Source: Candidatus Poribacteria bacterium
GTDB lineage: Bacteria > Poribacteria > WGA-4E > WGA-3G
Direction: 5' to 3'
DNA: 64,000 nucleotides
Assembly (NCBI GenBank): GCA_022821065.1
Contig: JAJEEK010000073.1
Location: 8,575 to 72,574 of the forward strand
Part shown: one piece after another, positions 56,617 to 64,000 of the stretch
Numbering within the stretch: position 1 is the first letter of the stretch
Layout: each line of letters opens with the position of its first letter
Made by a program: the position numbers and the translations under genes
Notes under the pieces: generated by a model
What the model was told of the DNA's origin: nothing
Seen by the model: the letters and a program-made list of their open reading frames with translations, nothing else
Database searches by the model: none

Positions 56617-58200
56617 GTGAACCGACGTAAAAAGAGAACCATTCCTGAAAGTCGAAGGGTGCGTTCAGCACCAACAGCAGTTGTCAGGAAAAGGAAATCT
56701 AAAATACACGCTGCGGAAATTCTCAAGCGAGAAAAAAATGGGCTTGAGGTCATCAATGACATTCCGAACTACATTCGGAACGGTTGGGAGTCGATCCCAC
56801 CAAACGAACGAGACCGACTTAAGTGGGTCGGTGTCTTTTACCGAAAACAGACGCCCGGGGCATTTATGATGCGTCTCCGCATGTCCAGCGGATTTAGCAA
56901 TGCTGAACAGTTTCATGCGATTGCTGAGATCGGCGAGGCACACGGGCCCGGATTTGTAGATTTCACGACCCGTCAGCAGATTCAACTCCGCGGTTTCGCG
57001 ATTGAGAATGTCCAGCACATCTGGAATCGACTTGAGGAGGTCGGTTTAGGTTCACTCCAAACCGGTTTCGACAACATTCGCGGTGTGATTGGATGTCCGG
57101 TTGCAGGATTAACCCCCAACGAGCTCTTTGATGCTTCGCATGTCGGTAGAGAGTTCACGCGACTTATTGTCGGCAATAAAGAGTTTACCGATATTCCACG
57201 GAAATTTAATGTCGGTATCACGGGATGTTTGGATAACTGTACCCATACCGCCGCACAGGACATTGCGCTCACACCCGCAGTAAAGGAGATTGATGGTCAA
57301 GAGATAAAAGGTTTTAACGTCGCTGTCGGCGGAAAGATGGGATCTGGGGGGTATACCCCCGCACAGCCGCTTGATGTATTTATTCTCCCCGAAGAAGCTG
57401 CAGTTTTATGTGCGGATATTACGCTAATCTTCCGGGATCACGGACCCCGGACAGCTCGGAATAAATCGCGTCTTGCTTTTCTGATTGCAGATTGGGGTGT
57501 AGAAAAATTCCGAAAAGAATTAGAAAGTCGTCGGCACAGAAAACAGCCGCTCCTGACAGCCGGTAAAGATATGCGCGGGAAGAAAAAAACCGACCACACC
57601 GGTATTTTCTCACAGAAAGAGCCACACCTCAACTATGTAGGGCTTGTTGTGCCTGTCGGACGTATCACGACGACGCAGCTTTTCGAGGTCGCACGACTCG
57701 CAGATAAATACGGGAACGGCGACATCCGCCTCACGCAAGGGCAAAACCTGATTATCACCAATGTACCGGACACAAAGATCGGCGACTTAACTGCGGAACC
57801 GCTCCTACAAGAACTTCGCTACGAGCCTTCGGAGATTAGGCGCGGGACGGTGAGTTGCACAGGGATCGACTACTGCCACTTTTCGCTTATTGAAACAAAA
57901 GAACGTGCAATGGAAGCCATTCGGCATTTGGAAGCAAAACTCGGCAATACAAAACCGTTGACGATACACTGGTCTGGATGTCCGAACGGGTGTGGTAACC
58001 ACGCTGCTGCAGACATCGGGCTCCTCGGTAAAAAGGTTAAGATTGATGGTGCCGTTACCGATGCGGTGGACGTGTTCCTCAAGGGAGATGCGAGCGCAAA
58101 TCCTAAGGTCGCGCCCAAAGTACTGGAAAACGTCCCTTGCGATAAGTTACCCCAAGTCCTCGAAGGGCTCATCCCTTACCTTTCACGGAGATTTTTTTAA
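56617..58200 (+). CDS. nirA: Ferredoxin--nitrite reductase
   Basis: FMMRLR, TTRQQIQ, PRKFNV, SCTG..YC, HWSGCPNGCG; GTG start after AAGGAG. Confidence 0.9.
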   Translation: MNRRKKRTIPESRRVRSAPTAVVRKRKSKIHAAEILKREKNGLEVINDIPNYIRNGWESIPPNERDRLKWVGVFYRKQTPGAFMMRLRMSSGFSNAEQFHAIAEIGEAHGPGFVDFTTRQQIQLRGFAIENVQHIWNRLEEVGLGSLQTGFDNIRGVIGCPVAGLTPNELFDASHVGREFTRLIVGNKEFTDIPRKFNVGITGCLDNCTHTAAQDIALTPAVKEIDGQEIKGFNVAVGGKMGSGGYTPAQPLDVFILPEEAAVLCADITLIFRDHGPRTARNKSRLAFLIADWGVEKFRKELESRRHRKQPLLTAGKDMRGKKKTDHTGIFSQKEPHLNYVGLVVPVGRITTTQLFEVARLADKYGNGDIRLTQGQNLIITNVPDTKIGDLTAEPLLQELRYEPSEIRRGTVSCTGIDYCHFSLIETKERAMEAIRHLEAKLGNTKPLTIHWSGCPNGCGNHAAADIGLLGKKVKIDGAVTDAVDVFLKGDASANPKVAPKVLENVPCDKLPQVLEGLIPYLSRRFF

Positions 58201-58349
58201 TTATAACCTCCTGAACCGCGACCCATCACATTACGCGTTTGTGCAGTTCTAACGAAACTGTACCCTGCAACAACAGCACAAGCGATGAGAACGGAAACGC
58301 AGCTAAACCTTGAAACGCTGCTGACCGAACCACAAGGAAAATTTAAAAA

Positions 58350-59699
58350 ATGGAGATAAAAAATAAAGCGACACGAATAAATCTTTTTAGTTTAAAAACG
58401 ATTCAGATGCGCACCTTTCACACCACGTGGTTTGCATTCTTTCTGGCATTCTTCGGCTGGTTCGGGATCGCCCCATTGATGGCAATCGTGCGCGAAGACC
58501 TAATGTTAACAAAAACACAGATCGGTAATACAATTATCGCTTCCGTTGCGATTACAGTGCTGGTTCGCGTCTTAATCGGCCCGATTTGCGATAAGATCGG
58601 CGCTCGGAAGACGTATACATGGTTATTAATCCTCGGTTCGCTGCCTGTGATGGGGATCGGACTCGCTCAGAATTACGAAACCTTCCTTCTGTTTCGACTG
58701 GCAATCGGTGCGATTGGTGCGGCGTTCGTCATCACGCAATATCACACTTCGATGATGTTCGCGCCAAACGTTATCGGCACGGCAAATGCAACAACCGCCG
58801 GATGGGGTAACCTGGGTGGTGGTGTCACACAAATGGTGATGCCACTCATCTTTACGGCTGTTCTGAGTTTCGGTGTGAACCAATTCCTCGGATGGCGACT
58901 GGCGATGATTGTTCCCGGCATTGCACTGTTTATGACTGGATTCGCATATTATTTTTTCACCCAAGATGCCCCCGATGGAAACTATAAAGAACTTCGCGCC
59001 CGCGGTGATCTTGACCCCTCCGCAGGCAAAGGCATGGCATCCTTCATGCTGGCGATTAAAGACTACCGCGTTTGGGCACTTTTCGTCATTTATGCAGCCT
59101 GTTTCGGGGTCGAATTGACAATCAACAACGTCGCAGCACTCTACTATCACGATCATTTCGAGTTGGACGTCAAAACCGCAGGACTTATCGCCGGTTTGTT
59201 CGGTGTGATGAATATCTTTGCGCGGACTCTTGGCGGCTTTTTCTCCGACCTTTTTGCAAAAAATATGGGACTCCGTGGACGTGTTATGTTCCTCTTCATT
59301 GTCCTGTTAGGTGAAGGGGTCATGTTGATGCTCTTCTCGCAAATGGCGGTGCTTGTGCTTGCAGTTGGCGTGATGATTGTCTTTAGTCTCTTTGTACAGA
59401 TGTCTGAAGGCGCAACATTTGGCATAGTTCCGTTTATCAATAGGAAAGCATTGGGAGCCGTCGCTGGTATCGTCGGCGCAGGTGGAAACGCTGGCGCTGT
59501 TGCAGCGGGTTTCCTGTTCCGTTCCGAGAGTATAACAATGCAGCAAGGTTTGCTATATCTCGGCATCATGGTCGCAGTCGCCTCTATTGCTACGGCACTC
59601 GTAAGGTTCTCGCCGGCAGTCCAAGCCGTCGAGAAAAAGGCGTTTGATGCTGCCCTCGCGGAGAGACAACGTCTGAAAGCGGATGTACAAAGCGCGTAG
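58350..59699 (+). CDS. narK: NarK/NRT2 nitrate/nitrite MFS transporter
   Basis: QMRTFHTTW, ANATTAGWGNLGGG, FARTLGG, GIVGAGGNAG. Confidence 0.9.
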   Translation: MEIKNKATRINLFSLKTIQMRTFHTTWFAFFLAFFGWFGIAPLMAIVREDLMLTKTQIGNTIIASVAITVLVRVLIGPICDKIGARKTYTWLLILGSLPVMGIGLAQNYETFLLFRLAIGAIGAAFVITQYHTSMMFAPNVIGTANATTAGWGNLGGGVTQMVMPLIFTAVLSFGVNQFLGWRLAMIVPGIALFMTGFAYYFFTQDAPDGNYKELRARGDLDPSAGKGMASFMLAIKDYRVWALFVIYAACFGVELTINNVAALYYHDHFELDVKTAGLIAGLFGVMNIFARTLGGFFSDLFAKNMGLRGRVMFLFIVLLGEGVMLMLFSQMAVLVLAVGVMIVFSLFVQMSEGATFGIVPFINRKALGAVAGIVGAGGNAGAVAAGFLFRSESITMQQGLLYLGIMVAVASIATALVRFSPAVQAVEKKAFDAALAERQRLKADVQSA

Positions 59700-59760
59700 C
59701 CCGTAACGAAGTGGAGGGCGGGTCTACTAAATACCTAATTCACCTCACCTAACCGCAAGG
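59696..59760 (+). repeat. REP-like family C, uninterrupted copy; supplies narK stop
   Basis: GTAGCCCGTAACGAAGTGGAGGGCGG...CACCTCACCTAACCGCAAGG. Confidence 0.7.
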
Positions 59761-59772
59761 AAAAATAAAAAA

Positions 59773-61911
59773 ATGCACAACCTACCTGACCAAACCGTAA
59801 AGAAAAATAAAAAAACAGGAAAAGCGGTCTGTCCCTATTGTGGGGTCGGTTGCGTGATTCGCGCAACCGTCCGCGATAATAAAATCACAAGAATTTCAGC
59901 GGACGACGATATCGCGCCAAATTACGGAATGCTCTGTCCGAAGGGTGCACATCTGAAACAGGTCTTTCAAAATCATGAGGGTAGACTTCCATACCCGATG
60001 ATTCGCGACCGACGCGGTGAACCCCCGCGCGAAGTTTCATGGGACGAGGCTATCGTTTTCACAGCAAATAGGCTTCACGAAATCCAATTGAAGCACGGCA
60101 AGGACGCTATTGCGTTCTACGGCTCCGGGCAATTAGATACGGAGGCTTCCTATATTTTCAATAAATTGTTCAAAGGCTTTCTTCGGACGAACAACGTAGA
60201 CACAAACAGTCGGCTCTGTATGTCGTCTGCGGTGGTCGGTTATATGCAGGCATTCGGCTCAGACGGTCCACCTACCTGTTATGACGATATTCAGCATGCC
60301 GATGTCTTTCTGATCATCGGTGCGAATATGGCGGTAAACCATCCCGTGCTGTTCCAGATGATTCGGAAGCGACGCGCATTAGATCCTAATGTGCGGATTA
60401 TCGCTGTAGACCCGCGCCGGACGAAGACAGCAGATTTCGCAGATATCCATGTGCCACTCGCACCGGGGAGCGATGTCGCTTTTCTTCAACTCATCGCCAA
60501 ACGCCTCCTTGCGATCGGACGGATTGATAAACGTTTCGTTCGTAGAAGCACAGAGAATTTCAGTGCATACCAAAACCACTTGCAAAGTTTAGACGAAGAC
60601 GCGCTCCTCGCTGCCTGTGATATTCATCCAGCCCGTATTGACGAAATCGTTGAATATCTCTCTAAACCGAGTCGATTGCTCAGTTTCTATTGCCAAGGCA
60701 CGAATCAGAGCACAAGCGGCGTTGATAAAAATGTCGCGCTTATCAACTTGCACCTCCAGTTAGGTGAAGTTGGCATAAAGGGTGCCGGTCCGTTCTCGTT
60801 GACCGGACAACCGAATGCAATGGGTGGCAGAGAGGTCGGTTACTTGTCCCATCAGTTGCCGGGTTATCGTGTTGTTACCAATGATATGCACCGTGCCTAT
60901 CTGGAAGGCGCATGGCGCGTACCACCGGGTAGTATTGACCCGAAACCCGGACTGACAGCCGTGCCGATGTTTGAAGCAGCAGCCGAGGGCAAGGTTCGGG
61001 CACTCTGGATCGCCTGCACCAACCCAGCCGTCAGCATGCCTGATACAAAAGTATCGCAAGCAGGTTTACGTCGCGCCGATTTGGTCATCGTGCAGGATTG
61101 TTATTATCCGACAGAGACTGCGGAATACGCGGACGTGCTGCTTCCAGCGGCGCAGTGGGGTGAAAAGCAAGGGACAATGACGAACAGTGAACGCCTTGTT
61201 GTACGGAGCGATCAGTTCCTGACCCCTCCCGGCGAAGCGAAGCCGGATTGGTGGATATTCGCGCAAGTCGCGAAAATGCTCGGATTTAAACGAAATTTCG
61301 ATTTCTACACTGCTGAAGAGATTTGGGATGAATACCGGCTTCTGACAGCAGGCACCCCGTGCGATCAATTCGGAATGACAAACGAACGGCTCGCCAAGAC
61401 ATCGCTACGCTGGCCCTGTCCGCATCCACGGCATCCGGGCACGGCGCGCCGGTACGTCCGTACGAAGTTTTTCACCGAATCTGGTAAGGCACAGTTCAAA
61501 ACACCTGTTTATCAACCACCCGATGAGGAGGTAAACGAGGAGTTCCCGCTCGGATTGACGACGGGACGAATAGAAAGCCAGTGGCATACGCGCACCCGAA
61601 CAGGTAAGGTGCCGCAGCTGGTGCGTAAGGAACCAGAACCCTTTGTAGAAATCCATCCAGACGATGCTGTAGAAAACGGTGTTGAAGAAGGCGAGTGGAT
61701 CTATCTCGTCGGGCGACGTGGACGGTGTTATGCCAAGGCACGTGTCACCGAAGCGATTCGTCGAGGCTTACTCTTCACACCGTTCCATTGGGGAGACCTC
61801 TTCCACGCCGAAACCAATGCAAACTATGTCACGAATCCTGCTTTTGATCCCGTATCTAAGCAGCCAGAATTAAAATTCTGCGCCGTGCGGATTGAGACTG
61901 AAGATTCATAG
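59773..61911 (+). CDS. narB: Assimilatory nitrate reductase catalytic subunit (NarB/NasA type)
   Basis: CPYCGVGC...LCPKG, NSRLCMSSA, LTGQPNAMGGRE, QWHTRTRTG, DPVSKQPELK. Confidence 0.88.
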   Translation: MHNLPDQTVKKNKKTGKAVCPYCGVGCVIRATVRDNKITRISADDDIAPNYGMLCPKGAHLKQVFQNHEGRLPYPMIRDRRGEPPREVSWDEAIVFTANRLHEIQLKHGKDAIAFYGSGQLDTEASYIFNKLFKGFLRTNNVDTNSRLCMSSAVVGYMQAFGSDGPPTCYDDIQHADVFLIIGANMAVNHPVLFQMIRKRRALDPNVRIIAVDPRRTKTADFADIHVPLAPGSDVAFLQLIAKRLLAIGRIDKRFVRRSTENFSAYQNHLQSLDEDALLAACDIHPARIDEIVEYLSKPSRLLSFYCQGTNQSTSGVDKNVALINLHLQLGEVGIKGAGPFSLTGQPNAMGGREVGYLSHQLPGYRVVTNDMHRAYLEGAWRVPPGSIDPKPGLTAVPMFEAAAEGKVRALWIACTNPAVSMPDTKVSQAGLRRADLVIVQDCYYPTETAEYADVLLPAAQWGEKQGTMTNSERLVVRSDQFLTPPGEAKPDWWIFAQVAKMLGFKRNFDFYTAEEIWDEYRLLTAGTPCDQFGMTNERLAKTSLRWPCPHPRHPGTARRYVRTKFFTESGKAQFKTPVYQPPDEEVNEEFPLGLTTGRIESQWHTRTRTGKVPQLVRKEPEPFVEIHPDDAVENGVEEGEWIYLVGRRGRCYAKARVTEAIRRGLLFTPFHWGDLFHAETNANYVTNPAFDPVSKQPELKFCAVRIETEDS

Positions 61912-61930
61912 GTGCGAACCCAATTATGTT

Positions 61931-61956
61931 GTAGGGCGAGGTCCTTGTGCCTCGCC
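61931..61956. repeat. GTAG REP-like hairpin between convergent genes
   Basis: GTAG-GGCGAGG-TCCTTGTG-CCTCGCC. Confidence 0.55.
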
Positions 61957-61982
61957 ATCTCTCTTACTGATCTAATAGAAGG

Positions 61983-62324
61983 TTAGTTGGTTTTGGTGGA
62001 ATCTGTTTCCAAATCTAAAACGAACCTGATAGTGTTCTTAATTTCTGCCATTACATAGTCTGAAAGTTTGCCAAGTCTCCGCTCAAATCGAATCTTCTCT
62101 ATAGACCCTAATCCTTGCACATTAACGTAAGATTGTTGATTAAGAAACCTCAACCTTGGAAGTGCTACCTCATACTGACTTTCCCTGTATTGGGTTGTTA
62201 AGGGGATATAGATTATTAGATTTCGTGGTGGATCCGGATCGTAACGCGATACCACAAGCACAGGTCGGAGTCTCGCTGTTAAACCGAGGTCCGCCAACCA
62301 AATCTCACCGGGATACGGGTTCAT
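61983..62324 (-). CDS. PemK/MazF family toxin
   Basis: GEIWLADLG...RPVLVVS...IPLTT...RLGKLS. Confidence 0.88.
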   Translation of the reverse strand: MNPYPGEIWLADLGLTARLRPVLVVSRYDPDPPRNLIIYIPLTTQYRESQYEVALPRLRFLNQQSYVNVQGLGSIEKIRFERRLGKLSDYVMAEIKNTIRFVLDLETDSTKTN

Positions 62325-62490
62325 CAAGTATGTCCAAAACTTCCTGTTCTACAGCACGCGATCGCATTATATCCAATGCATCTTGGTCTGCAAGATCAAT
62401 GATTTCCAAAATTCGTTCCCTGACCGTCGCTGCAATATTCGGTTCCCATTCGCGTAATTTCGCGTCTAATCTTTCAACTAAAATATCCAT
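62305..62490 (-). CDS. Putative antitoxin
   Basis: 61-aa acidic ORF overlapping the toxin start. Confidence 0.7.
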   Translation of the reverse strand: MDILVERLDAKLREWEPNIAATVRERILEIIDLADQDALDIMRSRAVEQEVLDILDEPVSR

Positions 62491-62749
62491 CGGTTTTTCT
62501 CCGTTGTTTTATCTCTATTGAAAAATGATAAACGAGTACCTGAAATAATACAACAATTAGGAAAGAGAATCAACAAAAAAGTATACCTGATACTTTCCGT
62601 TGTTCCTCACAAACTTCAAAGTAGTCCTCAAGTGCCTGCTGCATCTCTTCCTGAAATTCAGTTATCCTGAGTGAAAAAAGAAAGGGCAGGCACGAATACC
62701 TGCCCATAACAACCAACGAATAGGAACGCCGGTTTCGGAAATCTAAAAG

Positions 62750-64000
62750 TTACACCGTGGGTGGCGTAATCTCATAGTTCACGCCTCTGTGACAGATAAT
62801 CATGGAGAGAGCACCCTTGGCAAGTTTGGAATATTTTGCCAAGTCAGGCAGATGGTTCATCAGTTCGTAATAGACTTCGCTGTCAAACTCAACCATTTGT
62901 CGCTCCGATGTCCCGTCATACTCATTGTCTACCCAGATACCGTTTTGGTAATGAAAAGCCTTACGTCCGATATATTTCATATCAGCGTCCTGCCTCTTAT
63001 GCCGAGCGGATTTCCGTTCTTCTAATTCTTGGTTGTACATAATCCTCTCGGCAATAGGTATCGCTGATGTGTAGGCATCTGAAAGCGTTGATATGTAGTT
63101 CGTTTCCAGTGAACCATCGTCTGCTGCAATGAACGATGTGTAAGGGGTTCGTACGCCATACTTTTTGCTAAGGCGTTCAATCTCTTTATAAAGTTCGTCA
63201 CTTCCATCACCCAGTGCAGCTTGGTCCACCAGTTCAGCTATTCTGCCTTGTGCCCAGAGATGCGGCAAGTAATCGTGGTCAGGTTCAAGTTCAGAGAAGT
63301 GAACGTCTTTGGAGAATTCGTATTGTTCGCTGCCGATGATTCCGCGAAGTTGTAGGACAGTGTCACCGTGTCCTTCATAACGACCGAGGACAGTCAACTG
63401 TTCCTCACGGAACAGGTCTGGTAGATTTTTCGGGGTTAATTCTTTCGTAATGATCTCCCCGAACTTGATCCCAATATCCACCAACACAGGTTCGTTCATT
63501 TTTCTCAAGAGAGAGGACACAGCATCTTCAATGTCTTCATTTGGTGTTACATAGTTACGCGTTCCACCGTTATCCGCCGCCATTTTGTCAAGTAAGTGGT
63601 CATTTATATCGTACCCTACACCGAATACAAAGATGCGGGATAGATTCCGGTTCGCTTTCGCGACATTTTCGAGAATCTGGGCTGCGTTCGTTACGCCTAC
63701 AGTCGGACATCCATCAGTCAGGAAAACGATAATCCGCGGCCGGTTCGGCTCCGGGTTCTCCGCTAACGCAACACGCAGTGCCTCATTAATGTTCGTCATA
63801 CCGCGTCCTTCAATGCCATCAATAAACGCGAAGGCTTTTTCACGTCCATCCTTCACGTCTATAAGTTTGTGAGACATGGCTGTAGAGTCGCGCCAGCGTT
63901 CTCCACCGAACCACTCTTCACCTCTGCTAAGTCTATCCGCAAGGGAGGTGATATCTTCGTTGAAGACAATGAGATTGAACCGGTCACCTTCGTTTAGGTT
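62750..64000 (-). CDS. VIT/vWA (inter-alpha-trypsin inhibitor-like) domain protein, partial
   Basis: Frame open to window end (NLNEGDRFNLIVFN...); TNINEAL, VFLTDG.PT, IFVFGVG, LWAQGRI, TPYTSF. Confidence 0.85.
   Translation of the reverse strand, partial: NLNEGDRFNLIVFNEDITSLADRLSRGEEWFGGERWRDSTAMSHKLIDVKDGREKAFAFIDGIEGRGMTNINEALRVALAENPEPNRPRIIVFLTDGCPTVGVTNAAQILENVAKANRNLSRIFVFGVGYDINDHLLDKMAADNGGTRNYVTPNEDIEDAVSSLLRKMNEPVLVDIGIKFGEIITKELTPKNLPDLFREEQLTVLGRYEGHGDTVLQLRGIIGSEQYEFSKDVHFSELEPDHDYLPHLWAQGRIAELVDQAALGDGSDELYKEIERLSKKYGVRTPYTSFIAADDGSLETNYISTLSDAYTSAIPIAERIMYNQELEERKSARHKRQDADMKYIGRKAFHYQNGIWVDNEYDGTSERQMVEFDSEVYYELMNHLPDLAKYSKLAKGALSMIICHRGVNYEITPPTV

Noticed and set aside
61983-62490. 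MazF-type TA pair as part of the defence island
   Set aside because: It is an ordinary type II TA module about 8 kb from the R-M locus with no visible linkage

Overview
Bacterial chromosomal window, most likely from Candidatus Poribacteria, a sponge symbiont. This is inferred from three PhyH-family dioxygenases, an 'AVEPxGKLATxWGxLK' C-terminal tag, an 'LLPNYPNPFNPETWIPYQLA' FlgD-like tail, dockerin/WD40 secreted proteins and dense intergenic palindromic repeats. Housekeeping and metabolic genes include phoH-ybeY-CNNM, argJ, tRNA-Gly/Cys/Val, thrS, lpoB, a cysteine desulfurase, a YitJ-like protein and three Ldh_2 paralogs. Six observations stand out. (1) A Type III R-M mod/res pair is split by an uncharacterised two-gene cassette (211 aa HEPN-like plus 963 aa predicted helical protein) that abuts a truncated Rpn-like gene; this is a candidate new anti-phage system. 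(2) A ferredoxin-type nitrate assimilation operon (nirA-narK-narB) has a complete two-tier control region visible in the sequence: NtrC-like enhancer pair, sigma54 promoter, pseudo-receiver ANTAR protein and a dual-hexaloop ANTAR RNA overlapping a terminator. (3) A set of nested miniature repeats includes a ~53-nt element found only inside other repeats, and a palindrome read in-frame through a DNA methyltransferase. (4) A promoter-to-terminator ~360-nt unit carries a phased TATCG array and a C10 tract, ahead of a Cys/His-rich secreted-protein locus. (5) A candidate attenuator or riboswitch leader precedes tandem Ldh_2 genes. (6) A secreted PHM/DBH-like copper monooxygenase carries a cytochrome-c-like motif. 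No CRISPR array, rRNA, integrase or intact transposase was seen. All family calls come from motif recognition by eye, not database searches.
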